Origin: Lama guanicoe | Taxonomy: Eukaryota | DNA length: 64,000 nt | Reading direction: 5' to 3' | Assembly: GCA_013239625.1 (NCBI GenBank) | Contig: MU054323.1 | Span: forward strand, 7,801,220 to 7,865,219 | Shown: positions 12,162 to 22,850 of the stretch, in pieces | Position numbering within the stretch: position 1 is the stretch's first letter | How the letters are laid out: every line of letters begins with the position of its first letter | Notes under the pieces: generated by a model | Told to the model about the DNA's origin: nothing | Database searches by the model: none | What the model saw: only the letters and a program-made list of their open reading frames with translations | Program-made: the position numbers and the translations under genes

Positions 12162-12908
12162 AAGAATCCATTCTTAAGAAGACAGAGAGCAAGGTGCAGA
12201 GGAATTAAAGAGGAAGAAATAAGGTAGAGAGGCTGGAAAATATACGTGGGAAGAGTGATAAAGATGATCCTGAATCAATATCTTTTGAGGCAGGTCCTGA
12301 AAGTTGAAACTGAAGACTTGGAACCATAAGCTGGCCAGCCGTGTGTTTTCCAGAAAAAATATAAAAATAATTACTTCTAGCATGGACATGTAAATATAAC
12401 TATTTTCTGTCTTGGCTTTGCAAACATTTGGATTAGATTCTGTATAGAGTAATTTTTTAAAAAAGGTATAAACCCTAAGCTGGTATTGCATTGGTATTTT
12501 CTTTCACTAAGTTTCAAGTCATCAAATATTACTTCACAACTCTAGGTGTACCTTTTAGGCCTGCAAAGACCCCCCCTTTATTCTTTTTTCTAGACTCAGA
12601 GATCATGCCTTGATCACTCTAGAGGCTTCAGTGGTAGAGGTGGCTTAAGGCTTAGGCTTCACTCCAGCAAAACCTTTAATGAACTTTAGGGAAGCCAAAA
12701 ACTAAGTCCTAGCTGAGCCTTCCAATTCTCACCTTCACATAATATGATGTCCTGTGGAGGTTTTCTTCCCTTTTTCCTTGGGCATATAGTGCTGGCTCTG
12801 CCACTACCAGGGTGACCTCTAGCAAGTCCCTAACCTCTCTGAACCTTAGACATCTATAAATTAAGTGCAAGTGTTGAACTGTGATTTAAAAGACATGACT
12901 ACTCTAAT

Positions 12909-13145
12909 GGGGGGTGGGTACAGCTCAGTGGTAGTGTGTGTGCTTAGCATGCATGAGGTCCTAGGTTCAATCCCCAGCACCTCCATTAAAATAAATAAGT
13001 AAATAAACTTAATTACCGTCCCCAAAACCAAAACCAAAACCAAAATGTGCAGCAACAATGACAACAACAAAAAAATTAAAGGAGTTTTAAAGCCCTGACT
13101 CCCACGGGCTGGGCAGGGGTGGGGCGAAAAAAGAAGAAAAAGTAT
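12909..13145 (+). mobile_element. tRNA-derived SINE (Vic-1-like) with extended tail
   Basis: A box cagctcagtgg, B box ggttcaatccc, (CAAAAC)n tail. TSD at 12888-12906 and 13146-13164. Confidence 0.9.
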
Positions 13146-13164
13146 AAAAGATATGACAGCTCTA

Positions 13165-13738
13165 TACAAAAAAGCTAGTGAATATAACAAAAAAGAAACA
13201 TTCACAAGAATATGAAGAACCAACTAGTGGTTGCCAGTGGGGACAGGAAAGGGAGGAGGGGCAATACAGAGGTAGCAGATTAAGAGGTACAAACTATTAG
13301 GTATAAAATAAAGTACCAGGATACATTGTACAACACAAGGGATATAGCCAATATTTTATGATAACTATAAATGGAGTACTACCTTTAAAAATTACAAATC
13401 ACTATATTGTACACCTGTAACTTACTTATTATTGTACATCAACTATACATCAATTTAAAAAATCTTAAAAAAAGGACACAAATAAATGTACCTACAAAAC
13501 AGAAACGGACTCACAGACATAGAGAACAACTTATGATTACCAGGGGTTAAGGAGGGTGGGAAGGGATAAATCGGGAGTGTGAAATTTGCACCTCTTGGGG
13601 AATGATGGAAATGTTAGCTATCTTGATTGTGGTGGTTGTTACATGGATTTATGTGTCTATCAAGATTCATCAAATTGTACATCTGCAATATGTGTAGTTT
13701 ACTGTACAGGAACCATACCGCAATAATGGTATTTAAAA
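13165..13738 (+). mobile_element. Two tandem L1 3'UTR fragments (13165-~13470 and ~13471-13738)
   Basis: Artiodactyl-type L1 3'UTR motifs, each ending in an A-rich tail. Bracketed by identical 19-bp repeats. Confidence 0.8.
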
Positions 13739-15635
13739 AAAAGATATGACAGCTCTAAACTTCTAAGATCCTGACCCAATAAATAAAATTTGTAAGTATA
13801 ATTAATTCCTAAAGCTCCAGATTATTGAGTTCGTGGAGAAAAGGCTCTAATTGATAAAACTGTTGGAAATGACTGTGATAAAGAATGATTCTTTAAAATT
13901 ATTTTTCATTTTTAGCTGCCCACTATCCCCAACATTTATGTAGTGGAATTAATGAGGCATTCTACATTTAAAAATCATAACATTTCTAAAATGCTTCACA
14001 ACATTGGGGCTTGAGTCAATCAAACTATCTCGAAAGGAAGAATCAAGCTAACACTGAAGATTTTCCTGAGGTGCTAAATGTTATTACTGAATTCATGAAA
14101 ACAAAACTGTGAAGCACTGAACATAGCTCATTTTGTGATTTGCATGTCTAGGCTCCCTTAGAATTGTTGGTATTACCCTAACAAGACATTCCCAACTGGA
14201 GAAAGAATGATTCACAGAGGGTAAGTTTAAGTTGCAAGAGCAATCACAGAAACAAACTGAAAAGCAAGATATATCAGAGAAGACGAGTGTCTTCAGTAAT
14301 AAAGCTTTAGGGGTGGTTGGGAAGGAGGACCCTAAGACAAGTCTTCAAAGACTGGGAGACTGAAATATGATTATCGTAACTGCCTGAAAGACTAATTTTA
14401 ATTACGTATTAAAAACACAAACATTTTGGTGGTGGTGGTAGGGTGTAAAAGTGCTGTTTTTACTTCTTTCTCCATTCTGTTTCTTGCCTTCCAGATGTCT
14501 CAGGATATTCTCCCGGCTCAGAGTATTCTCCCGTTTCAGGTTGAACCAGCCCACCAGGTTCAACTACTCTGCCATCACATCCTAGGTGTGCTTTGGAGCA
14601 GTGAAGCATACCGAGAAAGGTAGGGCAGGAGCACTAATATTTAAACCACAGAAAGGAAGAGGAAAGGGGAGGTATACAAAAGACTGATAGGGAGAGAGGG
14701 AAGGAAGGATGGTACGCGTATGAAAAGAAAGTGCAAGAGAGAGGCAGCTTGGGGTTGGGGTTGGGACACTCGTGGTTCGACTTTGGCGGCAGGGAAGGGC
14801 CCCGCTTCCTCCGTACAGTGCTCTCGGGCTCTCCCCATTCCGAAAGGACGGCCAAGTTCTATACCGGGTTCTCTAAGCAGAGCAGAGTACCTACGCTTCC
14901 ACTTGGCGGGGAGGTTCTCCCTGCGCCCAGGTATTCTCGGCCCTCTTCTCCTCGCCCTCCAAGACAGATTACATCATCCCAACCCGAGCAGCGTGGCCAA
15001 TTTTTCCCATTTCAAACTCCTGCTCTCTTGAACGCCAACTCTTGCTCCTTAAGTAAACCAGGATAAAGCTGTAATGTTTCCCCTGTCACCACAGCCTCGA
15101 GGAGGGCACTCCAGGGTTCGCCTCCTTTTAGCCAAGAGGCTGTTAAATGACCCAGGGCGTTACTTTTTCTCGCGTTTACGAGCTACAGCTACACAGGGAC
15201 ATACGGCCACCCAAGCCCGTGGCTGCGCCGAAACCCTCAGCTAGACACACACGTCAAACGCGGCTCGAAGCATCCTTAGCACAGCCCCGAAAGCGACCAC
15301 AGGAAGGAAAACGAGGGGTGTCAAAGGGCTACTCCAGCGTGCCGCGCCTGCGCAGTCACTAGGCAGCGCCTCCCCGCAGGGCGGGCTCGTAACACCGCGC
15401 GTCCTATCAGGCGGTCACAGGGAGCGCGCCCGAGGCCTCGCCCTCTCTCGCCCCACCCCTCTCTCGTCTCCGCGGGGCCTTGGACAGAGGCTCAGAGACC
15501 TAGAGCGCCACTCTCCGCCCCCGCGGGCCCCAACACCCTCTGGCGCGCGTGCGCAGAGGAGGACCGCAGGGCGAGGGCGCGAGGGGAGGGCGGGCGTACG
15601 TCCTTGCGTGCGTCTCAGGCAGCGCGCACGCCGGC

Positions 15636-16141
15636 GTGAGAGGGCACGGGGAAAAGGTGGCTCTGGCCCGGGCGGCTTGGCTTCCTGTGGCTATGTAGCT
15701 GAGCTCGTCGGCTCGGTGTCCGCCTTCGCTGCCGTCGCCGCGTCCTAGCGTGGACTGCTGCTCGGGAGACAGACTGTCCTCACGCCTGCTGCGCTCCCTC
15801 GACGGCTGAGCTTGCTCGCTTGCCCGTGGGAGCGTCCCGGCCGAGCAGCCCTGAGGGGGGAGGGGAGGCCATTTTGTCCCGACCGACTCCCCGGAACCGG
15901 GCGGAGCGGCTGGGAGAGGCTGCGGAGCTGCGGTCGCCGCCCTCAGAGGCACCGGACGCCGCCACCGTCGGGGCTTCCTCGAGGAGGTCGTTCCTAGGTC
16001 GTCCGCGCCCTCTCGAGCCCTCCTTTTTCCCACGGTTCCCCGGTCCTCCGGCCTGAGAACGCCCGGGCGAGGAGTTGGCCGTAGTGAGAGGGACCGATCC
16101 CTTGGGGCCGCCGGCGGCGAGAGCCTGAGCCGCTCCTCCCA
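15636..16141 (+). other. RAB10: RAB10 5'UTR (non-coding part of exon 1); 5' boundary approximate
   Basis: GC-rich segment running into the ATG and resembling my recollection of the long human RAB10 5'UTR. The TSS cannot be fixed from sequence alone. Confidence 0.65.
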
Positions 16142-16268
16142 ATGGCGAAGAAGACGTACGACCTGCTTTTCAAGCTGCTCCTGATCGGGGACTCGGGAGT
16201 GGGGAAGACCTGCGTCCTTTTTCGTTTTTCGGATGATGCCTTCAATACCACCTTTATTTCCACCATAG
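16142..16268 (+). CDS. RAB10: RAB10 small GTPase, coding part of exon 1 (codons 1-42 plus 1 nt)
   Basis: Translates [43 protein letters not shown], the RAB10 N-terminus with P-loop GDSGVGKT. Ends at donor ATAG|gtaaga (gt 16269-16270). The ORF track's extension to 16330 reads into the intron. Confidence 0.98.
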
Positions 16269-17684
16269 GTAAGACCTGTGGGAGGATGGTATACGGTCTC
16301 TGCAGCTGCAAATGGTTTCTTTTACTCTAGACATCTTGTTTCCCGTAATATACGCCTTTGTTTCAGTGATTCCGATTCCAAGCGACAGACCCAAGTAACT
16401 GTTTGAATCGAGCTTTCTGGGGCGGGGTCTTCCCATGCTTTCCATCCGGTCTTTTGCTTTCACGTCTCCCACTCTGCTCAGTGTTGCTGTTACAAAATAT
16501 GCAGCATTAGCAGCGTTCCAGAACCCTATTTCTTTAAGCAACGGAATTGGCTTTTTCCATGTTTGTGTGGCGTTACTAGATGTACGGTATTTGTAAGGGA
16601 TTTATTTTGGTGACTGGGATTGAAATAGTAGGAATCATTTGGTAAAGGCCTGAATTTATACTTGAGAGCAGAGAGAAGATTCCATATGGTCGTAACTTAG
16701 AGGAAACCTGAGGATTTGTGTTAGGAGTCATTAAAACAAATTAGAAGGGAGTTCTAGAAGTGAGTTGCCCCACGTTGACTAATCCATTGATGTGTCAGAC
16801 AATCGGAGGCTCTTCGTGCTTGGGGTGGGACTTCATGGCTTGTTTGCTCAGTGCTCTTCGAGACATCAACAGATTCAGGAATCTGATGGAGATGATCAGT
16901 TTCTGTCCTCGAACCCTAAAGAATGAAGTTCTCCCTTCTATTTTACGCTAGAATTTACAGGGAAGTGTTTTGCCAGTCATAGCCTTGAATATACTTTCAC
17001 CTCATGTTTCAGAATTATTTAGTGTGTAAGTAAGAGCTAAAGACTGACCTTTTAAATAGGTTTCCCCTTTAGGAAAAGAAAAGGGAAGGCTCTAGGAAAG
17101 TCCCTTGTGACTCTGCTGAGAAAATTTAGTGGCATTAACACAAATTGTGTTAAATGAGTTGTCTGTGAAACTTTTTTTCTCCCACGCACAATAAATATCT
17201 TAAAGGACACATATATGGTTATCCCTGTCACTTGGGGCCCAGCACGCAACGTAGGGGAGGGCAATGAAACTCATCTTTAAGTATAACTACTTTTATATTG
17301 AGGTGATTTTTAAAAAGCAATTGCAGGCTTTGAACTCTGGGAACTGTCAAAAGTAAACTGATTTCAAATAATTTACTTCATACTAGAATCGTTGATTTGG
17401 ATGTCATGATAAATATTTATCAGCTGCTTAATTCATTCTCATTAAATGAACTATGCTGAAATTAAATCGGGCAAGTGATAGTTTTAAATAGATTTTTATT
17501 TTACTCCCTTATTTGGGGGGAGGGGCCTTTGTAATCATTATTTCCTGAAAGTCATGCTGTTCTCAGACCTGTCATAAATTTCATGAAACTTAGATCTTGT
17601 GCTCTGCCTGTGGGTTAGCACTTCCTACCACTAAGTTTACTTTTAATATTCCACTTTTAGCTATAGCTGGGTGGGTCAGGTGGT

Positions 17685-17990
17685 TAGTTCAGCAAATATT
17701 TACCGAACACCTAATGCTAGGCACGGTTTTAGGCACTGGGGATAGATAAGTGGTGAACCCAATGGACCTCTTGAGCAGTCTAGTGAGGACAATCACAGTA
17801 GAGTGTGGAAAGTGCTACAGTGTGGGTAAGCATAGGGAGCATGGGTGATCAGCCTTTGTAGGGGTGGGGAATCTGAGTAGGCTTCCTTGGAGATGGTGTC
17901 TAAAATGAAATGAAGGACAGATAGGATTTGGACCAGAGGAGTGGGATAGGGCCTTTCTGGAAAAGGGAGTGTAGAATAAACTTGTAGTAA
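17685..17990 (-). mobile_element. L2 3' fragment
   Basis: ttcagcaaatatttaccgaacacc...ctaggcac...taggcactggggata. Confidence 0.75.
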
Positions 17991-18174
17991 GATCAGGGGT
18001 TTAATTCATGTGGTCAACTTTAACCTGCCATTGAGAAGGGTAGGGGTGGAGAGTAGGAAGCAAAACATTAACTTCATCTACTCCAGTCTTTTTGTAATCG
18101 GTGTATACCCACAACTAAAACCCAGTCTTGTAAGATAATGACATAATCTTCTTGTGTAGTCTTTTCACTAGGGA

Positions 18175-18410
18175 AAACGTGTGGTGATTTTGGATCAAGC
18201 CTGCTAGGTTGGTATCCTAGTTACACAGATTGTTAGTTGCAGGCCTATGGCAAGTTACTTAATCTCTGTCTTTTTGAGTTTCTTCTTTAAATAGTGTTAA
18301 CAATAGTATCTACTGCATAGGGTACTTGTGAGGATTTTATGGGTAAATGAAAGCAAAGCGCCTAGAATGGTGCCAGACATACTGTGGGAAGACAGTGCAT
18401 GCATATTAGC
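18175..18410 (+). mobile_element. MIR SINE
   Basis: ggcaagttacttaatctctg...tgtgaggatt...aaagcgcctagaatggtgcc. Confidence 0.8.
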
Positions 18411-18709
18411 TATATACTGAAATGTGACTCTTATGCTGCCTAAGTGTGGCAGAACAAGTTACTTTATGGATTGAATGCCCTGCACGAGATGGTCACTCAA
18501 ATATTTGTTAGTGCTCTGCTTTTTCACTTTAGACTCTGGAATTTTCATATTTTGATGTAAAAATGTTTGATATTTTGATATGTAAGATATGTTGAACAGT
18601 GTAAGCTGAGAAGTAAATAAATACATGAGTATAAAATTCTGAGTACAGCTCCGGCACGTTGTATGTATTGGCTCTATGCGCAGGTTTCGAAGTCTGCTGT
18701 TGTCTTGCA

Positions 18710-18968
18710 CCAGTGCTATCCAAAAGAAATATGAGTCATGTAGATAATATTTTTTAGTAGCCACATTAAAAAAGTAAAAGAAGTATTTAATATATTTTAA
18801 CTCATCCAAAGTCTTACATTTTGTTGTGTAATCAAGATTAAAAAATAGTTGAGCTATTTTACTTTTTTCTCTGTTGTGTATATTTACAGCTCATTTCAGT
18901 TCAGACTGGGCACATTTCAGGTGCTCATTAGTCACATGTGGCTAGTGGCTACCATATTAGACAATGCT
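18710..18968. mobile_element. hAT-Charlie MITE (MER3/MER33-like)
   Basis: Termini cagtgctatccaa / ttagacaatgc and internal cacatgtggctagtggctaccata. Confidence 0.75.
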
Positions 18969-20404
18969 TGTCTAAACAGTATATACTAGCCAGTTGGTTA
19001 ATCTGCAGATGATTAGAGATACTGGGAATGTATACTACTTTTAGGACGTTTTAAATTTCATTAGTTGACTATGAGTTTTTTTGGTTTTGCTTTGCTTTTT
19101 TTTTTTAATCTAGAGCATTCACTAATTATGAATGATACTGAAATTTGAGTTGTGACTTGACTGCCAAAACTTCTTTTTTGAGAAGTTTAAATAGAAGTAG
19201 TTACCTTGCAGGGGTTTAGAAGGGCCAAGTTGCTGATATAAGGCCACAGCCCTCATTTTAGGCACAATCATTTTACTTGTTGGTTATTGATTCTTGGAAG
19301 GAAGAATTTTTATAGGTTTATGGTGCTTATTTACAGTACTCACAAAGACTATTGTGTTTCACTTTTTCTGTATACTTTCAATTACCATACATCTATATCA
19401 GAAATTACATTTATGGTCAGATTTATTGCAGACAGTTGCAAAAATGAATTACTTGTATGTTCCACACTCACCAATCTCAAAGTGAATACAAGGGCACTGG
19501 AGTATAAGCTACACAGGATCAGAGAGCTGTCTCCCTTCCACCCCACCCCACCCCCGCCCCAATAGTTGCTAAGTACCTAGAAGAGTCCCTGCATTTAGTC
19601 AGTGCATGATAAATACGGAATGAAGGCAGGCAGACAGGTAGTAATTATAAGTAGTAATTATAATCAGGATCCTCTAACGTAGAATTGGCTAGTTTTATTT
19701 TAGTAAATTCCCTTCTGTTTATTTTCTGAGCATTAAATATGTGTAGTAGATTGGAATCAGATTTTACTTAAGAATATTAGCTGTTTGGCTAATAGAATAA
19801 TTTTAAGATAAAACTGGTCTTGGAAATCCAAAGATTGCTTGAAAAGTATTTGATAAAGATAGTTAACTGGTTTTGGATGAGCAGATTTCATTGGTAGTTT
19901 TGGATATAACCCTCTTGGCAGTATGAGCTCAGGAAAGCATTACCCTTTAGTGACATGGTACTTGTATGGACTTGTCCCAAAGCAGAAATTTTTAGTGGGC
20001 TGGTTTACTGAAAATGTTACCTTTTGGTGGTGTTAATCCTTCCCCTACCCCTAGACTTCATACCTTTTCTGTAGGGAACATCTTTCATTGGGAAGTGGAA
20101 TTCCCATCTCTTTGGGTTCTTTGCAAAAAATTGAATTGGTAAACGCTCTTGCTTCTGGGAGAGTTACAATGTTTGTGCATCCTTTTTGTTGTCTTTCTGA
20201 GTGTTTTTGCTCCACTAACCTGCATTTGAGAATTGGTTGATTAAATTGAACAGCCCATTATGGAGAAGCTGCTTTTGAGAGAAGCGAGCAAAAACCTTTT
20301 CGCATTAAATATATGTGGACTACTCAGGCAGTAGCTCATGCTGCAGGAATGCCAGAATGTATAAGGACTTTCTTTCATTTGAACACATTTTTAGTATTGG
20401 TTAA

Positions 20405-21475
20405 AAACTAGATATTTTCCCAAAGGAGATACACAAATGGCAAATAAGCACATGGAAAGATGTTCAACATCACTAGTCACTGGGGAAATAAAAATCAAAA
20501 GCACTGTGAGATGTTACTTCACACTCATTAGGATGACTGACATAAAAAATGAACTTCCTCATACAATTAGGGGTACATACCTAGAAGTGGAATTCCTGGA
20601 TCTTGTGATAATTCTATTTTTAATTTTTTGAGAAACCATCATATTGTTTTCTACAATGGCTGCACTGTTTTACATTCTCACTAGTACTGCAGCAAGGTTC
20701 CATTTTTCCATATCCTCACCCATACTTGTTGTTGTCTGTTTAGCAGCATTATTCACAATAGCCAAAAAGTGGAAAAAACCCCAATGTCCATAGATGAATG
20801 GATACACCAAATGTAGGATATACATAGAATGGAATATTATTATTCAGCCTTAAAATGAAATAAAATTCTGATAGATTTTACAACATGGGTAAATTGTGAA
20901 AACACCACCGAGTGAAACAAGTCGGGCACAAAAGGACAAATACTGTAAAAAATCACTTACATGAGACGCCTGGAGTAGGTCAGTTCATAGAGAAAGTAGA
21001 ATAGTGGTTCCAGGGCTTGGGGACTGAGTAATGGGAAGTTGTTGCTTAATGGGTACCGAATTTCAGTTAATGGGGAATTATTGCTTAAAGTCTACAGAGT
21101 TTCAGTTTGGGAAGATGAAAAGTTGTGGAGGTGGATAGTGGTGATAGTTGCACAACCATGTGAATATATTTAATGCCACTGAATGGTACACTGAAAAAGG
21201 TTAAAATGCATAAAAAGACAAGTATTACAAGATTCCACTTATTTGAGGTATTTAAAGTTATAAAATTCATAGAAACAAAGTAGAATGAGAGAAAGAATGA
21301 TAGTCTCCCAGGGGCTGGGGGGAGGGGGAAATAGGGAGTTATTTAATGGATATAGTTTTAATTTTGTAAGATGAGAAAGTTTTGGAGGTCTGTTTGCACA
21401 ATGTGAATATACGTAAGACTATACACTTACACTATGCACTATACACTTAAAACTGGTAATGTTGGTAAATTTTGT
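20405..21475 (+). mobile_element. Old L1 3' regions: L1MB-like copy with internal inversion, followed by a second L1 3' end from ~21210
   Basis: Colinear with the L1 at 1480-2320 except for 20550-20740, which is reversed. Confidence 0.85.
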
Positions 21476-22850
21476 GCGTGTGTGACGCTTGATGCAGCTC
21501 TCTAAAAGAGTACTTAGTCACAGATGGCTCCTCACTTTCTCATGCTTTAGTATCACTGGTCTGTACTTTTGCATACTGAAAGCAGGTTTGTCTTTTTGCT
21601 GTGTGTATCTACATAGAACTTGGAATATTAGCATCATGGAATATTAACAGGAAAGAACCCTGCAATGAATTGTTTAAGAGTCAGGAAATGGAGGCTGGTG
21701 AAGTGAAGTAATTTCCAAAAGATTATATGGCTAATTAGTGAAAGAGTTTTGACTAAAATCTAGATCCAGTCGTGTTCATGGCCCTGTTTCACATCCTGAG
21801 AATTTCATTGTTTTATTTGAAAACAAAATTAATGATAGCATGATTCTCCTACTCATCAATTTCAGTTTGAAAAGTGGAGTTGCAGTGGTTTGTTGTTGCT
21901 GTTTTGTCTTTGTTTTGACAGAAGTGGAGAAGTAACAAGTCTCAGCACCGAATATCTAGGCGTTTGTTCAGGTTACTTGTCCTTTGCAAACTTAGAGCAT
22001 AACATAGCAGAGCTGAGCTGATAATATTAGAAATAATTATTTGCAAGAATTATGGTGTATAATGGTGTACTAGATGTGGCAAAGGAAATTCTGATATTCC
22101 TATTTGGTTTGTAAAAGGGAAAGAATGATAGGAGAAATACTGACAGTCTGCTTCAACTTTTAACAGTACAGAGATGCCCAGTCAGTGCTGTGGTAGCAGC
22201 TGTGATTAAGAGAGAAATAGAGGCTTGTTGAGTGTTGATTTACAAATAGGAGACCGTTATTTAGCACAAAATAGAAATTGAATGATTAGCTAAAGAGATC
22301 TGCATGGGAAAACTGCTTACGGAGATGGTTCAGTCATAAAGGAAGAGTGTAAAGGAGCTGTAGAGTGTTGAGAACATTGTCTGAACCCATAAGACTGATA
22401 ACAGTAAAGGTCATGGATTTGCTTCCTTCAAAAAAGTGAATATGGGGGGTTAATGAAATAAAGTTATTTAAATTTGGATTATAAGAATTGGAATTTGAAA
22501 AGATGATTAGAGTAAAATTTTGGTGAAGAAAACTCATCTGAAGGGAAGTCTGAAATGAGAGAAATATTTTCTTTGAAGATAGTGCCATGTATTTTGGGTT
22601 ACAGGCAAAAGTGATTGCTTGATGTTTATCCTTTTCAGAGATGAAAACCCGTGTTTTTTAGGAAAACTGCAACTGGTGATGGAACACTAAGTTTCCAATA
22701 TGACCCAGAAACACAGCATCCAAGGTTGTAAAACATTAGAAAATGGAAAGACCATTATTCTAGAGACCCAGAATGTACAACGTATCAAAATCAGAACAGA
22801 GGACAGTGTTGACTTGTTTCTTTCATATCAATAGCAATGCTTATACAGAC

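Larger units (their letters stand above)
14750..16500. promoter_or_regulatory. CpG island / TATA-less promoter of RAB10
   Basis: Dense CpG and high GC, densest at 15150-16260, against CpG-depleted flanks. NRF1-type motifs GCGCCTGCGCA 15344-15354 and GCGCGTGCGCA 15545-15555, GC box 15583-15594, YY1 motif GCCATTTTG 15868-15876. Confidence 0.9.

Noticed and set aside
12888..13757. Repeat-spacer-repeat pattern reminiscent of a CRISPR array
   Set aside because: Eukaryotic DNA. The spacers are 240-570 bp retroelements and the repeats are target-site duplications.
1..14400. Exons of a neighbouring gene (KIF3C lies upstream of RAB10 in human)
   Set aside because: No kinesin-like or other recognisable coding sequence on either strand. 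The region is mostly repeats.
15500..16311. Long antisense ORFs (177, 120 and 105 aa) over the promoter and exon 1
   Set aside because: Expected from stop-codon scarcity in a CpG island. Low-complexity R/P/A/G composition and no recognisable domain.
16269..16330. ORF-track extension of RAB10 ([20 protein letters not shown])
   Set aside because: Read-through past the exon 1 donor into the intron. The true continuation is exon 2 at 56870.
22625..22730. Cryptic exon or U12-type splice signal (ttatccttttcag)
   Set aside because: Lacks the RT of RTATCCT and has no good partner site. Better explained as part of the mariner fossil.
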